DNA of 64,000 nucleotides from Octopus vulgaris. Lineage: Eukaryota. This document shows positions 26,738 through 57,000 of the stretch, piece after piece. The notes beneath the pieces were generated by a model, which saw only the letters and a list, made by a program, of their open reading frames with translations, made no database searches and was not told the DNA's origin. The DNA lies in the NCBI GenBank assembly GCA_951406725.2, contig OX597841.1:186001-250000 (forward strand), read 5' to 3'. How positions within the stretch are numbered: position 1 is the first letter of the stretch; each line of letters starts with the position of its first letter. The translations under genes and the position numbers were made by a program.

Positions 26738-27099
26738 GAAAAAGTATTAGAGATCTATACAAATCAAATTGCTATATACAAGAAAAGGAGGTGGAGATAG
26801 CACACAAGTAAGTCTATGACATTTCAATTTAAGACGGCTTCGATGAATCGCATCTCATCTTTTCAAATATCATTAAAATATATCAAAATTTGAAGTAAAA
26901 ACAGTTCATCTTCTGTCCGGTGGACAGGAATATGTCTGGAGTTTTTTCGTTGAAATTTTCTTGAAATATAGATCGGTATATAGTTCAAAGTTTTAGAGAG
27001 AGAGACAAGGGGTGTGGTTATCTATTGTCTAAAAGAAATATTTGTCTGTTCCTCACAAGGGAGTGGCTAAAATGTATATATTGAATGGATTTTATGTTT

Positions 27100-27930
27100 G
27101 GGTGTTTGTGTGTGTGTTTATGTGTGTGCGTGTGTATTTGTGTTTACACACCAAAATAAAACATTACAAAAACATACACATCCCCTTGAAACTGGCTACC
27201 ATACACCATCCCTCATTCGTCAAAGACAATATCGTCGATTCTGCCACTCGGTCCTCTCCTATAAATTTGGCTCCCTCGTACCTTAGAAGATGGTCCTTAA
27301 TCTAACAATACAGCCTTCTTCTTTATCATCAATGTAATAACAAATATTTTTTCTGATCCTACCAAGGAAGTGGCTAAAAAGCATTTATTGAATGGCTTTT
27401 ATGTCCACACCTGTGCATATGCACGCGAGTGTGCGTGTGCGTGTGTGTGCTGTGTTGAACGACCTTTCAATGTGTTTGGAAAGTGACCAGCTGCGAGTTG
27501 ATGGGTGTGTATGCTGTGATGAATGTCATGCTGAAGAAGGAATTGGGGTTTTCCTTCGGGTTAGATGTATTCTTTTGAGTGTCTCCACCTCTGTGTATGT
27601 GGGTGGTCACCAGCTATGTGTATGTAGTGTGCTTTTGTGTGAGTTATGGAGCTGGTGTGTTTGGGAGTGTGCGTGAGCGTGTGTTTTGCGATGCTTTTTG
27701 TGTGTATGTGTTTGTTTGTGTGTGTATTTGTGTTTACACACAAAAAAAAACATCACAAAAACATACACATCCCCTTGAAACTGGCTACCATACACCATCC
27801 CTCATTCGTCAAAGACAATATCGTCGATTCTGCCACTCGGTCCTCTCACATAAATTTGACTCCCTCCTACCTCAAAGGATGGTCCTTAATCTAACAATTC
27901 AGCCTTCTTGTTTATCATCAATGTAATAAC
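27100..27930. repeat. Local direct duplication of ~230 bp (27100-27340 and 27700-27930)
   Basis: AAAACATACACATCCCCTTGAAACTGGCTACC...ATCATCAATGTAATAAC present twice. Confidence 0.85.
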
Positions 27931-28917
27931 GATGTAAAATTCTGGTTCTTACTAATTTCGGCCTTCAACTTCCAACAGTCCTTCTTCTAAACCATTGATT
28001 GTCTCTCCCTCTTACCTAATGTTTTCTGTTGCTATTTGATGGCATAAAAGACTCCCGTACACCTTAGATGCATCCCACTTTCATGAGCGAAAGGTTTAGG
28101 AAAACATATTTTAGTGCATTAAAGCATGTAATGCAGACCCAAATTCGCTTATAGGACCCGTGGTGATATTTTTAGGCAACATTTTGAGGGAAATGTGCTT
28201 CGTATATGCCATAAAATACGATACATAACTACAAAACGTTACCCTTTCAAGTTCACTCGTTTAATTATGAAGGAATTCCCTGTGAAATAGCTAAACTAGT
28301 CTAAGTACATTTTATTCACCGTGAACTGTGTATTCTCCTCACTCCAAGTACAAATAATGATTAAACAAAGCTGAAAAATACACTTATTCCTATTTAGATG
28401 ATTAAATAAGATTTACACAGATCCACATCGCAGCATCCTGGTAATCCAGCTGGATCGTTTCGTCAGATAATAAACTTTGAGCAGATGTTCCTAAACATTA
28501 ATTCCACCTGATCACGTAATGTGCCTAAGGTAATATAGCAGTAATGAGTGAGAAACGCCGACAGAGACCTCGGGTGTTCGAGCAAAGAACAGACAAACCT
28601 CAGTGTATAACCTTCATTAATATTCACGTTTACAACAACTGATTTCTGAGCTTAGAATCAGAAGAGCGACCCTTCCCTCGAGTTGTATGGCTTTACTACG
28701 CCATGCTACCAATGACAGGTGACAACAGTTGAAACACAGAAACGCAAACGTTAATCCTGCATTCTTTTAAATGTTGCAATGTTTAGTCACTCTCTTTCTG
28801 TCTTCCCCCTCTCTCTCTCCCCCACACACTCTCTATCTAATCCACTCTTTCTTACACATAAATAGATAAATAGATAGAGAGATAGAGAGAGAGAGAGGAG
28901 AGAGAGAGATGATAAAT

Positions 28918-29010
<93 letters not shown>

Positions 29011-29050
29011 CAGACAGATAGATAGACAGATAGACAGACATACAGACAGT

Positions 29051-29114
<64 letters not shown>

Positions 29115-29144
29115 CAGGTAGACAGACAGACATACAGTTAGATA

Positions 29145-30421
29145 GGTATGTTTCTTTATTTGCCACACAGGGCTGCACACAGATAGAACAAATTACAAGG
29201 TAGAGCTTTTCTTTTGGGGGTTAAAAAAAAAAAAAGTGGTGGTGTTTTTTCGATCAAAAGGGATCGTAAAAGGAAAGAAAGAGGACAAAAAAGGGGGGTT
29301 TAAAAAAAAGGGGGGGTGGAGAAGAAAAATATTGATCAATATGGATCGTTATCACAGAAATGTCAATATTAAGTGTAAAGGGGAAGACAGGTGAGGTTTA
29401 CCCGTGGAAAGAAAAGCCTACGGAAAAGACCACGGTAACCTTGGTCAATGAAGTCACATGTTATATTTCAATTTTTTTTTTTTTTTTTGCAAGTAAGCAA
29501 CTCTCTGTATTAATTTTTACGGTTCATAGGTGGCTTCGTCATTCTTACGTGCCATCCTCGCTACATTCACCTATCTTTTTTTAAAACATTCACTAGACAA
29601 AACTTGCCTCTCTACTCTCACTTTCCTCTTCAAGTGATACTTGAAGAAGTTGATGAGAGATTGACCAGAGAGGAAATTGTTTGTCTCTAATCCTTTCAGG
29701 CGCGTCCACTAGATACATTTTTTTTGCCATAGCCACAAGTATGATAAAAATAGCTCTTCCTTCCCGTTTGAAGGAAGGAGGCGTGACGATATTAACGATA
29801 GACTTGGCTGATAAACCGACACGTCCCACACGTGACAGCAGTCGTTTGACATAAGCCCACAGATCGGAGATTGTTGGACACTGCATGCTTGCGTGCTGAA
29901 CGGTTTCGTCGCTCTGCCCGCATCTCGGGCAGGTCGGCCCCGTGTTTCTCGAGCCATGTATATAGAGCTTATCCCGAACGAGTAGCGCTTCTCGGTAGCA
30001 CCGCCAGGCCAGGGATCTCTGGAAGTTGTCCATAGGTCCCGGCCCGAAAGTCGTTTCAAACAGGCGGGTCAGGTATTCTACGTCGACGCCCAGGTTTGCC
30101 CCAAGATCGTCGTCGTACATCCCTTCCACTAATCCCCTATAGAATGCTTTGGTTGTGTTGAAGTCGCTCAAGGTCGACCCGGGACGGCAGAGTTGCTTGA
30201 GAGCAACGCGATACTCGCGGTGCAATTCGCCCTTCCTCGGCCTCTTTTTATCCACGACTGCAGTTCGGTCATGGAGACGAGCTGCGGGAATGCGTGCCTC
30301 ACAAATGGCGACCACACCTGTTCACCGTCGTCTACGTAGAGCCGGAGATGTCGCAGTCTCAGCGAATGTCTGCGCATCATCAACCACGGCATGCCCAGCC
30401 CTCCTTTTAACGGATGTTGAC
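29145..30421 (-). mobile_element. 5'-truncated Tx1-like LINE
   Basis: QHPLKGGLGMPWL...; ORF 30315-29593 with TCPRCGQSDETVQHASMQC (CCHC-like RT C-terminal zinc motif); 3' AATAAA followed by (TATC)n. Confidence 0.85.
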
Positions 30422-30529
30422 GTACTTCCACACACTTTCCGTCTAACAAATTCCCAAGTAGCCGCTCATTTTGACTGAACAGGGAGGCAGGTGATTACCA
30501 AGCGACCTTCTTAATCTTTCTGCTGTGCC

Positions 30530-31075
30530 TGCGCTTATATTGTGCCGTCTCTGTCGTTCATTGATGACCGTGAATGAAAGCCCTAGATTTCCACCCAACT
30601 GGGAAGTGTTGTCCGCGTTTGAATAGTCCTATGCGCAAATGCCAGTACCTGCCACATTAGTCACACTTGTAGATTGTACCTATGGTGTTTGAGTTTTTAT
30701 GTTCTTCCATTCCGCTGTAATGTTCGGAATTATCCCTATGGAACAGAGAGTTCGATTTGACCCAACCCTGGGCACATTGGTATGGAGATTGTTACCATCC
30801 AATATGTCCCTGCTCTCTGCATCATTGATGGACCCAAAGGAACAACAACAACGTTGCAATTCCCTATCGGCCTCGTCGTAGGAGTTGCGAGAGTGAGCTG
30901 GTAGACAGCTTCGAACTGCCTCAGGGTGTTTCATGCCCGATTTTGCCTCAGTGTTTAGACCCAAACACCTTCCCATGGTTTAGTATTGTTGCAAGGTGTC
31001 GGAGGTTGGGAATTAGAGTTTCCTTTCTCTTAAGTGGGTTGCCCACCACCCAACACCCCCTGGCTAATGAGCCCA
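30530..31075 (-). mobile_element. Paralogous copy of RTE-like relic upstream of gene B
   Basis: Near-identical to 4905-5450. Confidence 0.55.
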
Positions 31076-31553
31076 ATCTTATATACTGAATTACTAATTA
31101 ACCTATAGCTGGGACGTTGACGAGTATTTCGTCTTCGTGTCAGATAAGACCTTGGAACAACACTGGTTGAGAGACGATTCTAAACACTTTAAAACCCTGG
31201 GAATTTCCAATTAGGGCCCCATACTGAATGCAATTTAAAAGACTTCCCAAGACCTGTATTTCTAAATTATAATTTCTTCTTTTTTCCTTTTCTTTTCCAA
31301 ACATTCTTCCACTCACACACAAACACTCTCCATCTTCTAATTGTATCTCTCTCTTCTTTTTCAGGATATCTTTCTGTTACTCATTCACGCTTTGCGACCC
31401 TTTCTATCTTTCTCTTCCCGTTGCCTCTTCATAAATTAAAATTTATCTTGTCCCCTTGCTGAATCTCCTCATAACTCTCCTCATCCCATTCGTTCTTTCT
31501 TTTACGCCATTTCTTTCCCTTTCTGTCTCCCTCTAATAATCTCAAAGCCAAGA

Positions 31554-48437
<16,884 letters not shown>

Positions 48438-48479
48438 AAATAACCCAGCACAGGATATCCATTGACACTATTGTTGTTG

Positions 48480-48760
48480 TTGTTTTTGTTCACATTCACC
48501 CAATCTAGCTGACCACCACTAGTGATGCACACACGTCAGGTATTATCACTTTGAAGTTGTGATTCTCTTTCTGCCTTTCCAGCTGTTGTTGTTGTTCACG
48601 TTCAGCCAATCTAGCTGCCCACCACTAGTGATGCACACACGTCAAGTATTATCACTTTGAAGTTGCGATTCTCTTTCTCTCTTTCCAGCTCTTGTTGTTG
48701 TTCACATTCACCCAATCTAGTTGACCACCACTAGTGATGCAGACACGCCATGTATTATCT
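48480..48760 (+). repeat. ~106-bp tandem repeat (about 2.5 copies) in the 3' UTR of gene B
   Basis: CCAATCTAGCTGACCACCACTAGTGATGCACACACG at ~48500, ~48606, ~48712; single copy in gene A (~20404). Confidence 0.8.
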
Positions 48761-48763
48761 GTT

Positions 48764-48769
48764 AATAAA
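48764..48769 (+). terminator. Candidate polyadenylation signal of gene B
   Basis: Conserved ctgttAATAAA downstream of exon 5. Confidence 0.5.
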
Positions 48770-49199
48770 GAATCCATACAAATATTCTGTCCAACATCGG
48801 TCTTTGAAGTTGTGATTTTCTCTCTCTCTTTCCAGCCGTTGTTGTTATTGTTCCATTTCACGTCTGACCAGATATGTGTGTGTGCGAGCGTGTTTATGTG
48901 TGTATATACATATTGTCGTGAATGTCAAACAATTAGAGTGAGTGTTTAACATCGCATTTGTGAATAAATATTGTATATTTGTATTAAGTCTCTTTATGGT
49001 TTCACGTGAAGAAAATAGCTTAATACCTCAACAATTTTTCAAGGGGATCAAATGAAGGAACAGCGTTCGTCTCCATTTTGTGTTTTAAACCAAAATGGAG
49101 AGAGATAACATGTGATCGGTTTGAAAATTTGTAAGGTATTGCGATATATTCTAAATATTAAACAAAAGGTAGACTTATGACACAAACAATATATCACAT

Positions 49200-49265
<66 letters not shown>

Positions 49266-49828
49266 TATATACATATATACATATATATATTTACATCTAA
49301 TATAGGATAGAAATTTTCGAAAAAATTCTCTCAATGGCCAGCATATTGAAAAATAACTTTAAAGTTTAAATTTATAAACAACTTATAAACAAGGGAAAAG
49401 AAAAAATTCTAATGCGAAATATGCCGAAAATAGACACATCGTCACTAACCATATAAGCTATTACTATAAGCACGTGTCTCGAAGTAAGACGACAGAAATT
49501 TCTAAAAAATTCCGTTAATATCATATCGCTCCCAATTTCAGAGTTAATTCATAAGAATTTTTTCCTCGTCAGCGATAAATACGGTAAGAAACAAATGAAA
49601 TACTTACTTATACCCATGGAAGAAGCAAACACTAAGTCATGAGCATACTTAAGTACCACAAATATATCCAAAATAGAAATTCTCCAGCACACCTCGAGAC
49701 ACGTGCGATCGGACTGAAAACTCTCATAGAGTGAGAGAGTCCGGAAGTGAAGACGATTTGTCTATTTTCGGCATATTTGGCATGAGAAATTTTTCTTTTG
49801 CCCTTGTTTATAAGTTGTATATATATAT

Positions 49829-49897
<69 letters not shown>

Positions 49898-49984
49898 ATA
49901 CATATATATCCATACATATATAATATACATAATATATTTAATGTATATATATATATATATAATACGTACAGTTTTATACATATA

Positions 49985-50553
49985 TTAGAGACGATCTAAC
50001 CCATCGTTTTGTCACTATGGGTTCAATGGAATGTTAGGTAAGAGTCCGATCTATTATGTAACACTGCACACTTCAGAGGTGGCAGTTACAGAATGAAATA
50101 TGGCGATCATTCATGGTGGTTATAAAGTTTCCACTCACTTCCGTTGTTGATAGCAGTGTTTAGAAGTAAAGTGTCTTGAGTGTGGTTGTCCCAAGAAGAA
50201 GAAAGGCTGTCATCGGTGCAGAATCTATTTGGTTGTGTCTAGGAAGTCATTTGAAAAACGTCATTACAGGTGAAGACCTTGTGCCTGTTGCTATGACACC
50301 GGAACCAAGGTCTTCGTTGTGGAAGGCCCAAAAGATTTGAAGATGTCGAGAAAATCCTAGAGAATTCGACGAGGTAGATGCTCGCTATCCTCAGAAATGA
50401 GTTCCAGGGATGTTCCTGACGACTGAAACGATGCTTCATAAATTGTGTTGCTTCAGAAGAGAAATACTTCGAAGGAGATGAAATCCTGAATTCCTGTGTG
50501 TTGTAGTTTCCTCTTTATAGCAGCAGTCCCGATACGTTTTGATCAGATCTCGC
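49985..50553 (+). mobile_element. Internally deleted mariner relic
   Basis: NVITGED (ITGDETW-like) and RFEDVEKI...CINCVASEEKYFEGD-like C-terminus. Confidence 0.6.
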
Positions 50554-50601
50554 ATTGTGATATATATGTACTCACATAATTTAATTATTCCAAGCTATCC
50601 T

Positions 50602-50643
50602 AACTGTCTGATGAACGGTCACGTGAAAGCCTGGGTAAGAGTT
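50602..50643 (+). ncRNA. Minimal hammerhead motif, canonical CUGAUGA core, slightly decayed stems
   Basis: AACUGU-CUGAUGA-ACGgucaCGU-GAAA-gCCuGGg-UA-AgAGUU. Confidence 0.55.
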
Positions 50644-50674
50644 TTCTGAAGGTTTTTCGGTTTTAACAAAACAA

Positions 50675-50711
<37 letters not shown>

Positions 50712-51311
50712 CTGTGGGTATGTGTGTGAGGACGAACGTGTTTGTGTGTGTATGTGTGTGTGATATGTGTGCGAGCGTGTTCCTTTTGGTTTGTTTGTGT
50801 GTTGTGGCGTTTGCTTCACAACTAATGTTGGTGTGTCTCCGTCCCCGTAACTTAGAGACTCGACATTCCGATAGAATGAACTTCATAGAATAAGTCTTCG
50901 GTCGATTTGTTCGAGTAAATTCTTCAAAGTGATGCACATAAATTATTTGTTTATATACGTGTAGGGGAGGGAAATCTTCAGCAGTCACCTGCGAGAGAGC
51001 CAGTTTATTCTTTTTAACTCTTTCAAGATGCTCTCCGCCATCTTGCTTAGTTGTATGTGATTAAAACGCCCATTGTTTGTGGGGCCGAATATAGCCCTGC
51101 AAGGGGCCAAACAAACACAGACACCCAGTGACAGGCTTCTGGTGTTTCTATTAACAACTTGGAACGAAATGTAAACCGATAAATCAAGAAGGAATGAAAG
51201 GAAAGAGAAAAAGACAGAGTATGGGAAGAATAAGAGAGAGAGAGAGAGAGATAAAGAAAGAGAGGGAATATAGAGGAAGAAGAGCCGAGTTAATGATAGA
51301 AACATATAATA

Positions 51312-51732
51312 TTATTTTTATTTATTAGCCACAAGGGGCTAAACACAAAGGGCACAAACAAGGACAGACAAAGGGATTAAGTCGATTACATGGATCCCAG
51401 TGCGTAACTGGTACTTAATTTATCGACCACGAAGGGATGAAAGGCAACGCCGACCTCGGCGGAATTTGAACTTAGAACGTAGCGGCAGACGAAATATCTA
51501 TTTCCTATTTCTTTATTGCCCACAAGGGGCTAAACACAGAGGGGACAAACAAAGACAGACATAGGTATTAAGTCGATTACATCGAAACCAGTGCGTAACT
51601 GGTACTTTCATTTATCGACCCCGAAAGGACGAAAGGCAAAGTCGACCTCGGCGGAATTTGAACACAGAACGTAGTTGCAGACGAAATACCGTGAAGCATT
51701 TCGCCCGGCGTGCTAACGTTTCTGCCAGCTCA
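51312..51732 (-). mobile_element. Two tandem tRNA-derived SINEs with Meta-like central domain
   Basis: Minus strand GTTCAAATTCC B-box and GCCTTTCGTCCTTTCGGGGTCGATAAA..GTACCAG; forward copy at 52475-52630. Confidence 0.75.
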
Positions 51733-51745
51733 CATATAATAAGTA

Positions 51746-52117
51746 CTAGCAGTATCGCCCGGCTTTGCTCGGGTTTGTAAGGGAAATAACTATAAAGCAT
51801 TTTTAGAGAGTTAAAGCAAAAAAATGGAAAAAAAATGATGGTAAATTTTTTTTTTAGTTAAAAAGGTCGAGTTGCGTCCCCTAGACAGTCTGTGGTTTGT
51901 GTTTCTGATTCTCGACCCCATGTCGAATTTATCGATTTTTTTCAGAACTGGAGGAACTTTTCAAAATTTTTGCTGCGTTAGTTTTGAATTATGACATTGG
52001 GCTATGTGTGTGTCAAGTTTCATCAGAATCGGTTGAAAGCCGTAATCAGGGTGAGGGTACAACGTAACAGACACACAGAAACACACACAGACCAACTGCC
52101 GTTTATATATAGAGAGA
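51746..52117 (-). mobile_element. Shorter non-autonomous Helitron of the same family
   Basis: A|TCTCTCTATATATAAACGGCAG start; 3' hairpin CCCGAGcaaagCCGGG and CTAG|T end on the minus strand. Confidence 0.8.
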
Positions 52118-52474
52118 TTGAGTAAAGTTTAGGAGGAGTGGTAGTGGTGTGAGGTGTTGATGACTTGGTTATAGAAGTAGAAAAGGAGGCAAGACTAGAA
52201 AGAGTAGAAGGAAAGAGGAATAAAAAGGATAGAAAGAAAAAGAGAGGGAGACAATGAACGAACACACAGACACAGTGAAAAAGGATGACTGAAAACAGTA
52301 TAAACATATGCAAATAAAAAGAAATACATGAATATACATCAGAGACACGCAGACTTAAAAATGTGTACACCCCGTCTGAAACTGCAGTCTGAAGCTGGTG
52401 AAACCTGTTCGTTTTATATTCCGCCATTCGTAAGCAAGTTAAAGGGATAACGTTAAGTATATTAAAGCCAGTAA

Positions 52475-52630
52475 AGGCGGCGAGCTGGCAGAAACGTTAG
52501 CACGCCGGCCGAAGTGCGTAGCCGTATTTTGTCTGCCGATACGTTCTGAGTTCAAATTCCACCGAGTTCGACTTCGCCTTTCATCCTTTCGGGGTCGATA
52601 AATTAAGTACCAGTTACGCACTGGGGTTGA
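52475..52630 (+). mobile_element. tRNA-derived SINE (Meta-like domain), 3'-truncated
   Basis: GGCGGCGAGCTGGCAGAA..GAGTTCAAATTCC..GCCTTTCATCCTTTCGGGGTCGATAAATTAAGTACCAG. Confidence 0.75.
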
Positions 52631-52824
52631 CCAAACTTGAGAGTATGACAAAAGAAGGCTTGCTCTTCCTTCCATAGAAGAAATAATTCAAATCGGACCA
52701 TGTTAACAGCAAAAATTATTTACATAAAAAAGCAGTACAGTTCGAAACGTGAGCTTCAACAGGATGCAAGGGAGATAACTAATGTTAATAATTTGTCTAA
52801 TGGAAAACCGCCCATTACTCGAGC

Positions 52825-53130
52825 AAATCGACCACGGGACTTATTCTTTGTAAGCCGAGTACTTATTCTATCGGTCTCTTTCGCCGAACCGCTATGTATC
52901 GGGGACGGAAACACACCAGCATCGGTTGTCAAGCGATGTTGGGGAGACAAACACAAATACACACACACACATATACATATATATATATACGACGGGCTTC
53001 TTTTAGTTTCCATTTACCAAATCCACTCACAAGGCTTCGGTCGGCCCCAGGTGCCACGCAGTGGGTCTGAACCCGGAACCATGTGGTTGGTAAGTAAGCT
53101 ACTTACCACACAGCCACTCCTGCGCCTATA
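52825..53130 (-). mobile_element. tRNA-derived SINE (copies at 56400-56763 minus, 56120-56260 plus, decayed 18650-18960)
   Basis: Minus strand AGGAGTGGCTGTGTGGTAAG (A-box-like) and GGTTCAGACCC (B-box-like); multiple dispersed copies. Confidence 0.7.
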
Positions 53131-53219
53131 GTATAAGTATATTAATGTTAATAAATTAAGATAAAAATATGAAAATTGTACTTCTCTCTATCCTTTTAAT
53201 CTATCTATATTGAACATAT

Positions 53220-53590
53220 GTGGAGGCGCAAAGGCCCAGTGGTTAGGGCAGCGGACTCGCGGTCATAAGATCGCGGTTTCGATTCCCAGAGCGGGCGTTG
53301 TGAGTGTTTATTGAGCGAAAACACCTAAAGCTCCACGAGGCTCCGGCAGGGGATGGTGGTGATCCCTGCTGTACTCTTTCACCACAACTTTCTCTCTCTC
53401 TTACTTCCTGCTTCTGTTGTACCTGTATTTCAAAGGGCCGGCCTTGTCACTCTCTGTGTCACGCTGAATATCCCCGAGAACTACGTGTCTGTGGAGTGCT
53501 CAGCCACTTACACGTTAATTTCACGAGCAGGCTGTTCCGTTGTTTCGGATCAACCGGAACCCTCGTTGTCGTAACCGACGTAGTGCTTCA
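53220..53590 (+). mobile_element. tRNA-derived SINE
   Basis: GGCCCAGTGGTTAGGGCAGCGG..GGTTTCGATTCCC head; 3' part shared with 58637-58800 reversed. Confidence 0.75.
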
Positions 53591-56259
53591 AAATTGAATA
53601 TATACCCTTTTTAGTTTTGATAAATCTTTCTGTATCATATTGGGTATTTAACTGAAGAACCGGTGGAAAATGGGATGTTTTCGATCCCCTTAAAGGAAAT
53701 TGGTTTTCCTAGAACTGAATATTATATTTGAAAATGGAGAATATTTGGCATCATGATATTCTCGAGCACGTGCACAAAATGGTTCAGCCTGCCAAAGGCA
53801 TTCATGCTAACATAGTTTCTACATCACGTGATGCCGCTCCAGTCGTGTCAACGGTGCAAAATTGAGTAAATAGAGGAGGTACCGATGACCTGGCCGATAC
53901 CCCAGCAGAAGTATCGCTACATAGATTGGAAAATATAATCGTGGACGGTTATGGTTATGTACAGACGGAGGAACGAAGGGAAACGAATAGCCAGGACGGC
54001 CCATGTCCGGAGCGTAACCAAGTAATTACTAATAAGAAAAAGTGGATTGTAGTAATATATGTGAAAAGCACCGACATAGAGCGAAAAATAAGGAAATTCA
54101 AAGGTGCCATAAGAATAGGATTGCCAGCTGAACGTTAGCTGGAACACATCAAGGGTGTGGCGATTGACAAGGAAAGGTATAAAAGGTTGAAAGAACTATG
54201 TGAACCCTTTGGGGAAAGAAATTTAATTTGAGCAACTACCAAAAGAAGATAAATACGAGGAATTAATACCCCTAATGAATGGTAATAGAGGAGTCCTTTA
54301 AAAAGGGAAAAAGAGAAGAAAAAATAAGAAAGAAAAAATGAAGGAAATAGATTTTTTTTTAAATGGGAAAGAAAATGCAAAAAGAAAAAAGAAAACTAAA
54401 AAATTGTCTAAATTAACAGTTAAATGGTACTGCTTGTGAGTGGGGCTCCTGCAACCATTCATCTTTCATTATTATATAATAGTCATGCTCATTCGTTATT
54501 ATGTTTATTGTCCCCACTGTGGTGTTGTGTCTGTCCTTGTAGTGTCCCCTCCGTGTTAGTTGCCGAGTGCCTAAATAAAGAATCGGAGTGGGGCTCATGC
54601 AGCCATTTCATCAGGATCGATTTCATTATACATTTTTTCATTTTGCGTTCGCTGCATATTTTTTGTCCCCATTTGTTGTGTTCTGTCTGTCCTTTTGTTG
54701 TCCCCTCTCTGTTAAGGCCTGGGTGCCAAATAAAAAAAGGAGAGTCGGTGAGCTGTGTAAAGCCGAGAGTTGCGTATTGTCGAGTGTAAGTACAAGTATT
54801 GTGTATCTTGAGTACAACGATTTGCGAGGACGTTATTTATTATCTCGTTATAGGATCTTTACCTTTTGACCTACAGATTTAGAAATTAATTTTTTCGCAA
54901 CTAAACACTTTGAAACTTCGGACACTGATAGAATGTGTCATATAAAACATATTTTACTCTCAGCATTTTGGAGAAAAACTTATATTTACGAAGTTATTTC
55001 ACGTTAAAGTTGTCGTATTTCGGTAATTTCAACCAATCAATAACGTGTATTCAGCTGAATAAAATTACTGTCGTTGTTCTTGTTTATTTGCCAAATAAAC
55101 ACACGCACCATATCTTCGCTCTTCACTCGTTTACTACTGTTCTTATTCTAACTCATGGCCATTATCCATGAATCTTTCATCATACACGTGTGACATCTAC
55201 AGGAAAGACTTTCCGTCCTCGTGTGTGTTCCTTCTCCGCTTAGACTAAGACTTACATTGTAGAAAGGCATTCGTCAATGTGGATTTTCTCATAGTTCGGC
55301 ATTCGTACACAATCGATTTAAATCCTTCCTAGTTGCCATCTCAAAAGATACCTCTTCATTTAACATCAATTAATCACGTAAGCACTCTTGCCTCTATCAA
55401 CATTTCCACGTGACTTGGTTATCGATTTCGAAACATTGTAACAAGAACAGTTTTCACCAACTTCTCCCTGCGTGTTTCTACATGTATCACAGAAATTATC
55501 AGTGCACTTTTTAATTACAAACAAAAGGCATACACACATTGTTTAACACTGTTTGGCTTTGAATTGGTGTTAAATGCTATAGTTTAATTATCCTTTCACT
55601 GGTTCCAAGTCACAAATATTATATACATGTATATATATATATATGTATATGTTGCACATTGTTTGCGGGCATTCTGAGATGAATCAATGATGCATAAACA
55701 TGGACCAGAGTGCGCATCTGTTTAATTTGTGTTTTCGATATGTATTGCAGTTTTATGTTTATGCATTTAATTAGCGACCTTTCCGACGAGCTATAGAAAA
55801 TTAATTAATCAATAAATTATTTCATTAATTGATTTATTTTGTCATTAATAGTGAAACTCTTGAGTATAAGGTTTACTATATTTTTATTCACTCAAATGTG
55901 TTGCTTGATTACAAATCAACGTGCTTTAATGTAAGAATATTCTTTCGTGGTTTTAGACTTTGACTGCTATTTTTAGCATGTAAGAAATCCACATAATACT
56001 TATCACTCCGCGTATATTTCATATACTATTATATTTAAAAGTATTTATGTCTTCTGACTGTAAATTCGCATGCTCACAACTACTAAATAATTATTTGATA
56101 ATTTTTACTCTTGTAATTACAAAGTTACTTATTTGCTTACCAACCACTTGGTTCCATGTTGAGTCCCATTTCGGGGCAACTTTCGCAAATATCTTCGAGT
56201 CTGGCCGACCAAAGCCTTGTGAGTAGGTTTGGTTGGCGGAAACTGAAAGAAGTCTGTTG

Positions 56260-56334
<75 letters not shown>

Positions 56335-56399
56335 TTAATCATATTATTGGAGCATTAATGCTACCATTTTATTCATGTTTAGAAAATATTCTTTTATTC

Positions 56400-56763
56400 T
56401 TCTACTCTTATGTTTCAGTCATTTGAACGCGGCCATGCTGTGGCAGCTCCTTTAGTCGAGCAAAACTGCCGCAGTACTTATTCTTTGTAAGCCTAGTACT
56501 TTAAACCGCCAAGTTGCCGGGGCGTAAACACACCAGCATCGGTTGTCAAGCGATGTTGGGGGGACAAACACAGACACACAGACACACACTCAATATATAT
56601 ATACGACGGGCTTCTTTCACTTTCCGTCTATCAAATCCACTTAGAAGACTTTGTTCGGCCTGAGGCTACAGTAGAATGCACTTGCCGAAGGCGCCACGCA
56701 GTGATATTGAACCCGGAACCATGTAGCTGGTAAGCAAGGTACGTATCTCACAGCCACTCCTAT
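56400..56763 (-). mobile_element. SINE, same family as 52825-53130
   Basis: Shared CACCAGCATCGGTTGTCAAGCGATGTTGGGG and GAACCCGGAACCATGT blocks. Confidence 0.7.
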
Positions 56764-56969
56764 CTTAACAATTTTTCCAGCCGATCACATGGTTTTTTTC
56801 TCCGTTTATGTTTATAACACAAAATGTAGACGAAATCTGTTCCTTCATGTGATGGCCTTGAAAAATTAAGATACAACGATCTTTTCATGACCTGAAACCA
56901 TTGGTAGCTTTAATACAAATAAAGAAGTTCACACACACACGCACACACACACACACACACGCACACACA

Positions 56970-57000
<31 letters not shown>

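Noticed and set aside
27930-28250. Mutator-like transposase remnant on the minus strand
   Set aside because: Only a faint SEFGSAL..ALKYVF resemblance across frameshifts; insufficient without a profile search.
53220-53290. tRNA genes at SINE heads (also 52475, 58890-58964)
   Set aside because: A/B boxes are present but I could not fold complete cloverleaves, and each continues into a dispersed SINE body.
53690-54870. Possible additional gene (ORFs 53926-54138, 54424-54789)
   Set aside because: No recognisable motifs, splice-consistent structure or paralogy; probably a decayed repeat.
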